This document shows positions 1 through 8,332 of a stretch of DNA of 32,000 nucleotides, piece by piece. The notes under the pieces were generated by a model. The model was not told where the DNA came from. It saw only the letters and a list, made by a program, of their open reading frames with translations, and made no database searches. Each line of letters begins with the position of its first letter. Position 1 is the stretch's first letter. The translations under genes were made by a program, and so were the position numbers. Source of the stretch: Cupriavidus necator (GTDB lineage Bacteria > Pseudomonadota > Gammaproteobacteria > Burkholderiales > Burkholderiaceae); assembly GCF_016127575.1 (NCBI RefSeq), contig NZ_CP066019.1:570001-602000 (forward strand). Reading direction: 5' to 3'.

Positions 1-1
1 G

Positions 2-703
2 ACCAAGAGCCTGATCGCCAGCCGCGACGGCAGCAAGCTGTACGTGACGGTGGGCTCCAACAGCAACGTGGGCGAGCACGGCATGGACAAGGAGGTCGGC
101 CGCGCCGCCATCTGGGAGGTCGACCCGCAGGCCGGCACGCACCGGATCTTTGCCAGCGGCCTGCGCAATCCCAACGGCATGGCGTGGGAACCGGTCACCG
201 GCATGCTCTGGACCGCCGTCAACGAGCGCGATGAAATCGGCAGCGACCTGGTGCCGGACTACATCACCTCGGTGCGCGACGGCGGCTTCTATGGCTGGCC
301 CTACAGCTACTACGGCCAGCATGTCGACGCACGCGTGAAGCCGCCGGCGCCGGACCTGGTGGCCAGGGCCATCGTGCCGGACTATGCCGTGGGGGCGCAC
401 ACCGCATCGCTCGGGCTGGCCGCCGCCGGCGGCAACAACCTGCCGGCGCGCTTCAGCGAAGGCATGTTCGTGGGCCTGCACGGTTCGTGGAACCGCAGGC
501 CGCTGGCGGGCTACAAGGTGATCTTCGTGCCGTTCAGCAAGGGCCGGCCCAACGGCGCGCCGTTCGACGTGCTGACCGGCTTTCTCGATGAGGACGGCAA
601 CGCGCGCGGGCGGCCGGTGGGCGTGGCGATCGACAAGCAAGGCGGTTTGCTGGTGGCCGACGATGTCGGCAATACCGTGTGGCGGGTCAGCGGCGCGAAG
701 TAG
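2..703 (+). CDS. PQQ-dependent sugar (sorbosone/aldose) dehydrogenase family protein, C-terminal part; the 5' end lies upstream of the window
   Basis: Frame 2 is open from nt 2 ([20 protein letters not shown]...) into ORF 44..703. Motifs [26 protein letters not shown] and GGFYGWPY are typical of soluble PQQ beta-propeller dehydrogenases. GC3 is high. Confidence 0.8.
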   Translation, partial: TKSLIASRDGSKLYVTVGSNSNVGEHGMDKEVGRAAIWEVDPQAGTHRIFASGLRNPNGMAWEPVTGMLWTAVNERDEIGSDLVPDYITSVRDGGFYGWPYSYYGQHVDARVKPPAPDLVARAIVPDYAVGAHTASLGLAAAGGNNLPARFSEGMFVGLHGSWNRRPLAGYKVIFVPFSKGRPNGAPFDVLTGFLDEDGNARGRPVGVAIDKQGGLLVADDVGNTVWRVSGAK

Positions 704-780
704 GCGGGCCAGGGCGCGGCAGCGGCGGCACCGCACCGCTAGAATGACGGCGTCCCCACACGCCGAGCCCGCTGCCGTCC

Positions 781-1620
781 ATGTCTCTCACGGTCTTCGC
801 TGTCGTCCTGCTCGCCGCGTTCCTGCATGCCGCCTGGAACGCGGTGGTCAAGGGCGGCGGCGACAAGATGCTGTCGACGGTGATGGTGGCGGTGAGCGCC
901 GGACTGACGGGCGCCGTGGCGCTGCCGGCGTTGCCGCAGCCGGCGCCGGCGAGCTGGCCGTTCATCGCCGCGTCAGTGGGCGTGCACGTGGTGTATTTCG
1001 CGCTGGTGGCACGCATCTACCACACCGCGGACATGAGCCAGACCTACCCCCTGATGCGCGGCACCGCGCCGCTGCTGGTGGCGGTGGCCAGCGTGGGCTG
1101 GCTGGGCGAGCACCTGTCGGCGCTGGCGTGGAGCGGCATCGCCGTGATCAGCCTGGGCATCCTGGCCATGGCGGGTGGTGCCCGCGGTGCCCCTGGCAGC
1201 CGTGAGGGCATGTGGCTGGCGCTGCTGAACGCAGTGGTGATCGCCGCCTATACGCTGATCGACGGCACCGGCGTGCGCCGCTCCGGCGCACCTGTGGCGT
1301 ATGCATTCTGGATCTTCGTGCTGACCGCGGTGCCGCTGGCGGCGTGGGCGCTGGTGGCGCGCCGGCCGGCACTGGGCGGCTATGTGCGGCGCAACCTGGT
1401 GTTCGCGCTGGTGGGCGGCGGCGGCACGCTGGCGTCCTATGGGCTGTCGCTGTGGGCGATGACACGCGCGCCGGTGGCCCCGGTAGCGGCCCTGCGTGAG
1501 TCCTCGATCCTGTTCGGCGCGTTGATCTCCGGGCTGCTGCTCAAGGAGCGCGTGGGCGCCGCCCGCCTGGGCGCGGCCTGCCTGATTGCCGCCGGCGTGG
1601 CCACGCTGCGCTTTGCCTGA
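781..1620 (+). CDS. EamA/DMT-superfamily transporter
   Basis: 279 aa and highly hydrophobic with about 10 predicted TM segments. The N-terminus (AAFLHAAWNAVVKGG) and overall organisation fit drug/metabolite transporter family proteins. Confidence 0.8.
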   Translation: MSLTVFAVVLLAAFLHAAWNAVVKGGGDKMLSTVMVAVSAGLTGAVALPALPQPAPASWPFIAASVGVHVVYFALVARIYHTADMSQTYPLMRGTAPLLVAVASVGWLGEHLSALAWSGIAVISLGILAMAGGARGAPGSREGMWLALLNAVVIAAYTLIDGTGVRRSGAPVAYAFWIFVLTAVPLAAWALVARRPALGGYVRRNLVFALVGGGGTLASYGLSLWAMTRAPVAPVAALRESSILFGALISGLLLKERVGAARLGAACLIAAGVATLRFA

Positions 1621-1762
1621 GGGCACGTCCGGGTGCCGCTCTGAACGCCCGGCCGCTGAGCGCCGCCAGCGCTGTCTATACTTGGTTTTACCGGGGTCAG
1701 ACGGCGGAGGGGCACTGCGTCCGCGCAAACCGGCAGCCTGGCGTCGACGCCGAGGAGAGGGC

Positions 1763-2587
1763 ATGGACCACACCGCAGATTCGTTTCGGGCTTTTGAGCT
1801 GGCTGGCTGGGAAGATCCCGAGGTCGTCAGCCAGTACCAGGAGCATCTGTCGCACGTGACCCGGCAATCGGTCGAGTCCCTGCTGGACGAGGCCCATGTG
1901 ACCAGCGGGCTGCGCGTGCTGGATGTGGCCACCGGCTCCGGCCATGTCGCGGCGGGGGCGGTGCGGCGCGGCGCAGAGTCCGTCGGCATCGATTTCTCGC
2001 TGGCGCAGGTGCAGCTGGCGCGCAAGCTCCATCCGGATGTCCATTACGAGCAGGCCGATGCGCAGGCGCTGCCGTTCGGCGATGCCAGCTTCGATGCCGT
2101 GGTCAATGGCTTCGGCATGTGCCACCTGTCCGACCCCGATGCCGCGCTGGCCGAGGCCTTCCGCGTGCTGCGCCCGGGCGGGCGCATCGCCTTCACCGTG
2201 TGGGACACGCCCGAGCGCGCGGTCGGTTTCGGCGCGGTCTATGCCGCGATCCGCGCCTACGGCTCGATGGAGGTCGATATCCCCGTGGGGCCGAACTTCT
2301 TCCTGTTCAGCGATCCGGGCCATTGCCGCACCGCGTTGCAGCAGGCCGGCTTTGTCTCGCCCACCTGCCGCAACGTGCCGCAGGTATGGCGCTTCTCCAC
2401 GCCCGACCAGCTGTTCGATGCGCTGGCCCAGGGCACCGTGCGCGCCGCCGCCACGCTGCGCGCGCAGACTCCCAAGGCCCGCGACGAGATCCGCGCCGTG
2501 CTGCGCGGCACCGTCGCCGCCTATATGCGCGGCAGCGGCTTCGAGGTGCCGATGCCGGCAGTGCTGGCGGCGGCGGTCAAGCCCTGA
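1763..2587 (+). CDS. Class I SAM-dependent methyltransferase
   Basis: Start trimmed to ATG 1763, preceded by GGAGAGG. SAM motif I is VLDVATGSG. The downstream DAVVNGFGMCHL and LRPGGRIAFTVWD fit a Methyltransf_11-type fold. Confidence 0.85.
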   Translation: MDHTADSFRAFELAGWEDPEVVSQYQEHLSHVTRQSVESLLDEAHVTSGLRVLDVATGSGHVAAGAVRRGAESVGIDFSLAQVQLARKLHPDVHYEQADAQALPFGDASFDAVVNGFGMCHLSDPDAALAEAFRVLRPGGRIAFTVWDTPERAVGFGAVYAAIRAYGSMEVDIPVGPNFFLFSDPGHCRTALQQAGFVSPTCRNVPQVWRFSTPDQLFDALAQGTVRAAATLRAQTPKARDEIRAVLRGTVAAYMRGSGFEVPMPAVLAAAVKP

Positions 2588-2819
2588 GGGCGGGGCTTAC
2601 GCACCTGTGGCGGCGCGGACGCCGCCGAGGGTGTTGGAGATCGACCGACATCCCTGCCGCCAGCGTCGGCCTGGCCCCACCATCCCATTCCCGGAAAGTG
2701 CCGTAATCCACGCCGCAACCAGCCTTGTGGCGGTGGCACGGTCATTGCGCAATGGACAGCGAGCGCGGCGCCGCGGCTCGTTGTGCCACCAGCCAGCAAT
2801 GGCTTCCCGGAGAACCCCG

Positions 2820-3182
2820 ATGTACACCCGACCCCAATGCCAGACAGGGCAGGCCGCGCCGCGCCCGCCCGCAATCCTGCACCGCTCGCGCCAGGCCATG
2901 GCGCTGCTGCGCGTGCTGGGCTTATGCATCAACAGTGTCGCCTGCGCCCAGTCCGAAGCGCCGCAGGCTGCAGCGCCTGCCGTGCAGGCCGTGACGCCGG
3001 AGCAGAAGTTTGCGCCCGGATACCTGGAGGCCGTTGCCACCGGTTATGACAATGGGTTGGCCTTGCGGGAGCCGGAAGGCCTCGCGCCGCTGAGGCTGCC
3101 GCGCGAGGCGCGCAGCGCGCCGGCGCCAGGCGCCGTGCCGGTTGCCATGCCAGCGGCGGTGCGGCCGCAGCCGGCGCGCTGA
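2820..3182 (+). CDS. Hypothetical small Pro/Ala-rich exported protein (alternative start ATG 2898)
   Basis: This is the last third of the long out-of-frame ORF 1923..3182. GGAGAA sits 5 nt upstream of ATG 2820. A signal-peptide-like stretch MALLRVLGLCINSVACA|QS is present and GC3 is high. I recognise no homolog. Confidence 0.3.
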   Translation: MYTRPQCQTGQAAPRPPAILHRSRQAMALLRVLGLCINSVACAQSEAPQAAAPAVQAVTPEQKFAPGYLEAVATGYDNGLALREPEGLAPLRLPREARSAPAPGAVPVAMPAAVRPQPAR

Positions 3183-3235
3183 CCTGGCGGGGCTCCCGGG
3201 AGCAGGGTGGCGAAACAAGTGGCGCAGTGCGGCCT

Positions 3236-3301
3236 TTAGCGCCTGACCTGTTCCTGTTCGTCCCGCCCTGCCGACATGAAGTCGTTCGGGAAGGCTGGGG
3301 T
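3236..3301 (-). pseudogene. Relic of the 3' end of a second vapB-type antitoxin gene
   Basis: The minus-strand translation ...TPAFPNDFMSAGRDEQEQVRR* aligns with the C-terminus of the intact VapB (AAFPADFMAQGRGDQEQAEREGF*). By hand count, 13/19 aa and 38/54 nt are identical. There is no start codon and no N-terminal domain. Confidence 0.4.
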
Positions 3302-3309
3302 ATTTGAGT

Positions 3310-3720
3310 TCAGGCCTGGGGTGACGCGGTCCAGTCTTCGATGCGCAGGCCCGGATACGTCGCAAAGTCGCGCACGTTGCGCGTGACCACTGTCAGATCC
3401 TCCGCAATGGCATGGGCGGCAATCAGCTTGTCCATGACATCTGCCTTGCGTTCGCGCCTGGCGGCACGAATCGGGCCATAGGCGCGCGCGGCTTCGGCGT
3501 TCAGCGGCAGCACTGGGACCCGCGCGACCAGCCCGTGCAACGCGCGCCGCGCAGCCTCCGGATTGCCCGAGGCGGTTACACCGTATTCGAGTTCGGCCAG
3601 GGTGATCGCAGACAGCACCACATCGCCCTCGAAGCATTGTGCAAAGCGTTCGGCCACCTGGGGCGGCTGGTGCTTCATCAGGTAGATGCACATGCTGGTG
3701 TCGAACATATACCTGGCCAT
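3310..3720 (-). CDS. vapC: Type II toxin VapC (PIN-domain ribonuclease)
   Basis: 136 aa. The N-terminal MFDTSMCIYLM supplies the first PIN acidic residue. AITLAELEYG and the C-terminal TVVTRNVRDF...IEDW are classic VapC features. Its start overlaps the vapB stop in the sequence TGATG. Confidence 0.9.
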   Translation of the reverse strand: MARYMFDTSMCIYLMKHQPPQVAERFAQCFEGDVVLSAITLAELEYGVTASGNPEAARRALHGLVARVPVLPLNAEAARAYGPIRAARRERKADVMDKLIAAHAIAEDLTVVTRNVRDFATYPGLRIEDWTASPQA

Positions 3721-3968
3721 CAGAATCCCTCCCGCTCAGCCTGCTCCTGGTCGCCGCGGCCTTGTGCCATGAAGTCGGCCGGGAACGCGGCGAAGGCGTC
3801 GAGCAGGCCTGTCAGGCGCTGTCGCACGGGGCGGATCCGCAACTCATCGCCGATCCGCTCGATTTCCAGCTGCATATCGGTGTCGGGGTAGGCCAGTTCC
3901 GCGGGAATGCGCACCGCTTGGGAGTTTCCGTTACGGAAGATCCGGGTGAAAGGCATTGTGGTTTCCAT
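3720..3968 (-). CDS. vapB: Type II antitoxin VapB (AbrB/SpoVT-type DNA-binding domain)
   Basis: Start trimmed to ATG 3968, with AAGGA 5 nt upstream. The N-terminus METTMPFTRIFRNGNSQAVRIP is the swapped-hairpin AbrB/MazE motif. The gene is translationally coupled to vapC. Confidence 0.85.
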   Translation of the reverse strand: METTMPFTRIFRNGNSQAVRIPAELAYPDTDMQLEIERIGDELRIRPVRQRLTGLLDAFAAFPADFMAQGRGDQEQAEREGF

Positions 3969-4031
3969 GTACATCCTTGTAGGTACGAGCATAGCACCAT
4001 CCAATCAGAAGTACGTCTGCGTGTGTACGTC
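3969..4031 (-). promoter_or_regulatory. Candidate vapBC promoter/operator: four GTAC cores and a GTACGTC direct repeat
   Basis: GTAC occurs at 3969-3972, 3983-3986, 4011-4014 and 4025-4028. GTACGTC is repeated at 4011-4017 and 4025-4031, a 14-bp period. The region is an AT-richer intergenic stretch directly upstream of vapB. Confidence 0.3.
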
Positions 4032-4092
4032 CATAATTCTCAATCTCGTCTGTCATTACCTACAATTCGTCACACTGGTAATTCCCCGCCCA

Positions 4093-4953
4093 ATGGACAT
4101 CAATCTCGCCCGCACCTTCCTGCAAGTCGTCCGCACCGGCAGCCTGCTGGCCGCGGCTGACAAGCTGCATGTCACCCAGACCGCCGTGACCGCGCGCATC
4201 AAGAGCCTGGAATCGCAGCTCAACTGCCGCCTGTTCGAGCGCAACAAGGCGGGCGCACGGCTGACGCCCGATGGTCAGCGCTTTCTCGGCTACGCCAGCC
4301 AGCTGGTGCAGACCTGGGAGGCGGCCTGCCGCGAGCTGCCGTTGCCGGCCGGGCTGGCCAGCCTGTTTCGTTTCGGTACGGAAATCAGCCTGGGCAACCC
4401 GCTGGTGCTGCTGTGGACCACGCGCCTGCGCCAACTGATGCCGGCGCAGGCGGTGCGGGCGGAAGTGGGGGAAGGGGCGGAGCTGCAGCGCAAGCTGCAG
4501 TCAGGCACGCTGGATGCGGCGCTGGTCTACCAGCCGGAGTACGCGCCCGGCATGCATGTCGAGGCGCTGATGGAAGAGAAGCTGATCCTGATCCGCTCGA
4601 CGCAGCGCGACGGCGGCTATGTCTATATCGACTGGGGACCGGAATTCCGCTGCCAGCATGACAGCGCGCTGCCGGAGCATGCGCGCGCCTCGCTGTACTT
4701 CAACCTGGGGCCGCTGGCGCTGCAGTACATCCTGCAGTTCGGTGGCAGTGGGTATTTCCGGACACGCGTGGTGCAGAGCTACCTGGACAGCGGGGTGCTG
4801 GCGCGCGTGGAAGGCGCGTCAGAGTTCTCTTATCCGGTATTCCTCGTCTGCGCCAGGACCCCCGCAGGGGCGTCGCAGGATGCCGTGCGCATCCTGCGTG
4901 ACATCGTGCGCGAAGAATCCGACTGGTCGCAGCGCTGGGATTTCCCGCAATAG
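4093..4953 (+). CDS. LysR-family transcriptional regulator
   Basis: Start trimmed to ATG 4093. The N-terminal wHTH reads MDINLARTFLQVVRTGSLLAAADKLHVTQTAVTARIKSLESQL, followed by a LysR substrate-binding domain. Confidence 0.9.
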   Translation: MDINLARTFLQVVRTGSLLAAADKLHVTQTAVTARIKSLESQLNCRLFERNKAGARLTPDGQRFLGYASQLVQTWEAACRELPLPAGLASLFRFGTEISLGNPLVLLWTTRLRQLMPAQAVRAEVGEGAELQRKLQSGTLDAALVYQPEYAPGMHVEALMEEKLILIRSTQRDGGYVYIDWGPEFRCQHDSALPEHARASLYFNLGPLALQYILQFGGSGYFRTRVVQSYLDSGVLARVEGASEFSYPVFLVCARTPAGASQDAVRILRDIVREESDWSQRWDFPQ

Positions 4954-4963
4954 CGCAAAGCGG

Positions 4964-5212
4964 TCAGATCCGGACCGGCACCAGTTGGCCCATCGGGCCG
5001 GGCACGGCCACCAGGCGCCATTGCCGCACGCGCCCCACCCGGCGGCCGCGCCCGCCGCCGCGCGGCGGGCGCGGTTCCAGCCCGGCAAAGCGGCCATGCC
5101 GCTGCGCGCGTTCGAACACCGGCTCGGGCACCCGGGTCCCGATCAGCCAGGTGACGGTGCCTCCCAGCGCCACCAGTGCCAGCGCCAGGGCGATCCAGAG
5201 GACGGCTTCCAT
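4964..5212 (-). CDS. Hypothetical small membrane protein with an Arg/Gly-rich tail
   Basis: Start ATG 5212 has GGAG about 8 nt upstream. One TM helix (MEAVLWIALALALVALGGTVTWLI) is followed by a basic tail (RPPRGGGRGRRVGRVRQWR). GC3 is high. I recognise no homolog. Confidence 0.4.
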   Translation of the reverse strand: MEAVLWIALALALVALGGTVTWLIGTRVPEPVFERAQRHGRFAGLEPRPPRGGGRGRRVGRVRQWRLVAVPGPMGQLVPVRI

Positions 5213-5445
5213 GTTCCCCGCTCCATCGAATAGGTATCTGTGCTTCCAGTATTGTGCAAAGCGTTCCGGCGGGTAAATGAAAGTTATTTCCACTTCATAT
5301 CAATAAAATTGCATTCAAGCTGGCTTCTCCTTCAAACCTGGGCCGTTCGGCTGCGGGAGGAAAAATCATCCTTTCCGACGAATCTCATAGACGCTGCACG
5401 GCAGACACTCAGCCGGTCACTCTCAAAAACACCAGGAGACCCCGC

Positions 5446-6603
5446 ATGCAACGCCTGATCTTCGAAGCCGAACACGACGCCTTCCGCGAATCCGCCCGCC
5501 GCTTCTACCAGCGCGAGGTGGGGCCGCACGGCGAGCGCTGGCGCGAACAGGGCTGCGTGGACCGCGAAGTGTTCCGCAAGGCCGGCGAGCAGGGCTACCT
5601 GCTGATGTGGGCCGACGAGAAATACGGCGGCGCCGGCGTGGAGGATTTCCGCTATGAGCAGATCCTGATCGAAGAGAATGCGCGCCACGGCGACTCGGGC
5701 TTTTTCGGCACGCTGCACTCGCGGCTGGTGGCGCCGTATATCGGCCGCATCGGCAACGAGGAACAACGCCAGCGCCTGCTGCCGGCGGCCGCGCGCGGCG
5801 AGTCGATCTTTGCCATTGCCATGACCGAGCCGCAGGCGGGATCCGACCTGGCCGGCATGCGCACGCGTGCCGAGGACCACGGCGACCACTGGGTGCTGAA
5901 CGGCGCCAAGACCTATATCTCGAACGGCCAGCTGGCCGACTACGTGGTGGTGGTCGCGCGCACTGATCCGGAGCGCAGCCATGGCCTTGGCCTCTTTATC
6001 GTCGAGCGCGGCATGCCCGGCTTCGAGCGCGGGCGCAAGCTGCGCAAGATGGGCCTGCACTCGCAGGACACCTCGGAGCTGTTCTTCGACAACGTCAAGG
6101 TGCCCAAGGCCAACGTGCTGGGCGAGCCCGGCCAGGGCTTCCGCTACCTGACGCGCCACCTGGCCGAAGAGCGGCTGATTGGCGCCTGCGGCTACATGGC
6201 GTCGGCGCAGGTGGCGTTCGACCTCACGCTGGACTATGTCAAGGAGCGCAAGGCCTTCGGCCGGGCCATCGGCACGTTCCAGAACTCGCGCTTCAAGCTT
6301 GCCGAACTGCGGGCGCAGCTGGATGCGCTGCAGACCTTCGTCGACCAGTGCGTGCTGCAGCACAACGCAGGCACGCTGACCGTGGAGACGGCGGCGTCGG
6401 CCAAGCTGCTCACGTCGGAACTGCAGGGACGCATGGTCGACGAGGGCGTGCAGCTGCACGGTGGCGCCGGCTATATGGAGGAGTACCGCATCTGCCGCAT
6501 GTACACCGACGCGCGCATCTCGCGCATCTACGCCGGCAGCAGCGAGATCATGAAGGAGATCATCGGCCGCAGCCTGGGGCTGGATGACCGCATGAAGGGG
6601 TAA
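5446..6603 (+). CDS. Acyl-CoA dehydrogenase
   Basis: 385 aa, with AGGAGA upstream. ACAD motifs include AIAMTEPQAGSDLAGMRTRA, WVLNGAKTYISNG and a C-terminal GGAGYMEEY...RIYAGSSEIMKEII. A strong terminator follows. Confidence 0.95.
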   Translation: MQRLIFEAEHDAFRESARRFYQREVGPHGERWREQGCVDREVFRKAGEQGYLLMWADEKYGGAGVEDFRYEQILIEENARHGDSGFFGTLHSRLVAPYIGRIGNEEQRQRLLPAAARGESIFAIAMTEPQAGSDLAGMRTRAEDHGDHWVLNGAKTYISNGQLADYVVVVARTDPERSHGLGLFIVERGMPGFERGRKLRKMGLHSQDTSELFFDNVKVPKANVLGEPGQGFRYLTRHLAEERLIGACGYMASAQVAFDLTLDYVKERKAFGRAIGTFQNSRFKLAELRAQLDALQTFVDQCVLQHNAGTLTVETAASAKLLTSELQGRMVDEGVQLHGGAGYMEEYRICRMYTDARISRIYAGSSEIMKEIIGRSLGLDDRMKG

Positions 6604-6620
6604 GCCGCCTGGCAGTACAG

Positions 6621-6653
6621 ACGGCACGGCCGGCAACGGCCGTGCCGTTTTTC
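6621..6653 (+). terminator. Rho-independent terminator of the acyl-CoA dehydrogenase gene
   Basis: 12-bp perfect stem ACGGCACGGCCG / CGGCCGTGCCGT (6621-6632 and 6637-6648), loop GCAA, then a T-run. Confidence 0.8.
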
Positions 6654-6774
6654 ATGGTTTTCCGATTGGCTAGGGTTTTCGCGCAGTTAAAGGCTTTTGT
6701 CAGCTTTATGAAAGCCGTTTGTAATGCGATTCGGTTTGAATGCGTGCGGGAGATCGTGTCCGGTGGCGTCTGAT

Positions 6775-6810
6775 GCACCAGGACAGCGGGCGAGGGCGCA
6801 CCAGGACAGC
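6775..6810 (+). promoter_or_regulatory. 13-bp perfect direct repeat GCACCAGGACAGC (x2, 23-bp period) upstream of the RND operon; candidate regulator binding site
   Basis: Copies at 6775-6787 and 6798-6810. An inverted 8-mer copy (CCTGGTGC) lies at 6862-6869. All lie 60-155 bp upstream of the GTG start at 6929. Confidence 0.3.
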
Positions 6811-6928
6811 CACGCTTCGCGGCCGCATTGGCGGGATCAGGGTCGGATGAATATTTGCCGCCCTGGTGCACCGTTCGGCGAGCACGGTCGTTTACCGCAG
6901 ACCGTTGTCGAACCGAGCCTGACTGACC

Positions 6929-8311
6929 GTGCCTTTTGTCTTTTCCCGTATTGCCGTAGGTGCCCTGCTGCTACTGGGGGTTCTGGCCCGGCCCGCGGCA
7001 ATCCTTGCCGCCGAAGGCCCCGCCGATCCGCTTCCTTCCGCTGATTCCGCAGATGCTGCCGGTCCTTGCGTGCCGCCGCCGGCGGGCGCGACGCTGACCC
7101 TGGCGCAGGCGCGCCTGGACGCACTGCGCTGCAACCGCGACATCATCGCCGCCCGCCGCGGCGTCGAAGCCAGCCAGGCGGACATACAGATCGCTTCGCA
7201 GCGGCCCAATCCCGTGCTGAGCCTGGGCGTGACCAATATCAACCCGCATGCCGGCATCGGCTCGGGCAACCTGCGCAGCAAGACCGTGGACTCTACCCTG
7301 CGCGTGGACCAGCTGATCGAGACCGCCAACAAGGGCGGCCTGCGCGTGGACGCCGCGCGCAAGGCCAGCGCGGCCGCCGGCGAAGTGGTGCAGGCGGTGG
7401 TGGCGCAGCAGAGCGCCGCGGCGGAGCAGGCTTTTTATGACGCGGTGGTCAGCCAGGAGCGCGTGGCGGTGTTCAAGGAGATGCTGGCGCTCTACGACCG
7501 CACGCGCCAGGCCAGCGAGACCCGCCTGAAGGCCGGCGACGTCTCGCGCGCCGACGTGACCAAGCTGCAGCTAGACGCGCTGCGCGCGCAGAGCGACATG
7601 CGCCAGGCCATGACCGACCACGCGCGCGACAAGGCCCAGCTGGCGCAGGCCATGGGCGTGCCCGGCACGCTTGCCGGCAACCGGCTGGTGGCGGACTGGC
7701 CGCCGCTGGATACGCCCGTGCCGCAGGTCGATCCCGACACATTGCAGCGCCGCCCCGACGTAACTGCGGCCGAGGCCCGCCTGGCCGCGGCCGCCGCCGC
7801 GCGCGACCTGGCGCGCGCCGGCCGCGTGCCCGACGTGACCGTCGGCGCGCAGGCTGAGCACTATCCGGTTTCCGCCACCAATACCAACGGCAGCGGCAAC
7901 AGCTACGGCGTGTTCCTGACGATCCCGCTGTACGTGCGCCACAGCAACGGCGGCGAGGCCCGCCGCGCCGAGGTGGACTACTACGCCGCGCTGGACGACC
8001 GCAACCGCGTGCTGCTGGAAGCCGGCAATGAGATGGAACGGCTGCGCAGCCAGCTCGAAGCCGCGCGCCAGTCACTGCGGCAGATGCGCGACGACGTGCT
8101 GCCCGCCGCCGAAAGCGTGGCCGGCAGCGCCGAGTTTGCCTACGGCAAGGGCGCCACCGGCGTGCTCGACCTGCTCGATGCCCGCCGCGCGCTGCGCCAG
8201 ACCCGGCTCGATTCCGTCAGCGCCCAGGGCGATTACGCCAAGGCCCTGTCGGCCTACCGCGCCGCGCTGCAGACCTCCACGACCGGCACTGCGACAAGCT
8301 CGCGTCCCTGA
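6929..8311 (+). CDS. Outer-membrane factor of a heavy-metal RND efflux system (TolC/CzcC family)
   Basis: GTG start. A signal peptide (ALLLLGVLARPAAILA|AE) is present. Outer-membrane efflux protein repeats include LTLAQARLDALRCNRDIIAARRGVEASQADI, and the coiled regions are CzcC-like. It is the first gene of a C-B-A operon. Confidence 0.85.
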   Translation: MPFVFSRIAVGALLLLGVLARPAAILAAEGPADPLPSADSADAAGPCVPPPAGATLTLAQARLDALRCNRDIIAARRGVEASQADIQIASQRPNPVLSLGVTNINPHAGIGSGNLRSKTVDSTLRVDQLIETANKGGLRVDAARKASAAAGEVVQAVVAQQSAAAEQAFYDAVVSQERVAVFKEMLALYDRTRQASETRLKAGDVSRADVTKLQLDALRAQSDMRQAMTDHARDKAQLAQAMGVPGTLAGNRLVADWPPLDTPVPQVDPDTLQRRPDVTAAEARLAAAAAARDLARAGRVPDVTVGAQAEHYPVSATNTNGSGNSYGVFLTIPLYVRHSNGGEARRAEVDYYAALDDRNRVLLEAGNEMERLRSQLEAARQSLRQMRDDVLPAAESVAGSAEFAYGKGATGVLDLLDARRALRQTRLDSVSAQGDYAKALSAYRAALQTSTTGTATSSRP

Positions 8312-8332
8312 ACCGCAGTCCCAGCGAATCCA

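Noticed and set aside
2610-2627. GC-rich stem GGCGGCG-CGGA-CGCCGCC after the methyltransferase gene, considered as a terminator
   Set aside because: The stem is only 7 bp, no T-run follows, and such short GC palindromes are frequent in this composition.
1923-3182. 419-aa plus-strand ORF overlapping the methyltransferase out of frame
   Set aside because: The first ~220 codons overlap the real methyltransferase frame and encode Arg/Pro/Ala/Ser low-complexity sequence. Only the final 94-120 codons (2820 or 2898 to 3182) are kept, as a low-confidence hypothetical.
5332-6636. 434-aa minus-strand ORF. The same applies to 973..2025, 14073..15518, 16443..17480, 17029..18471, 18429..19673, 22007..23038 and 23038..24222.
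   Set aside because: All are antisense or out-of-frame shadows of well-supported genes. None has a plausible RBS or a recognisable domain.
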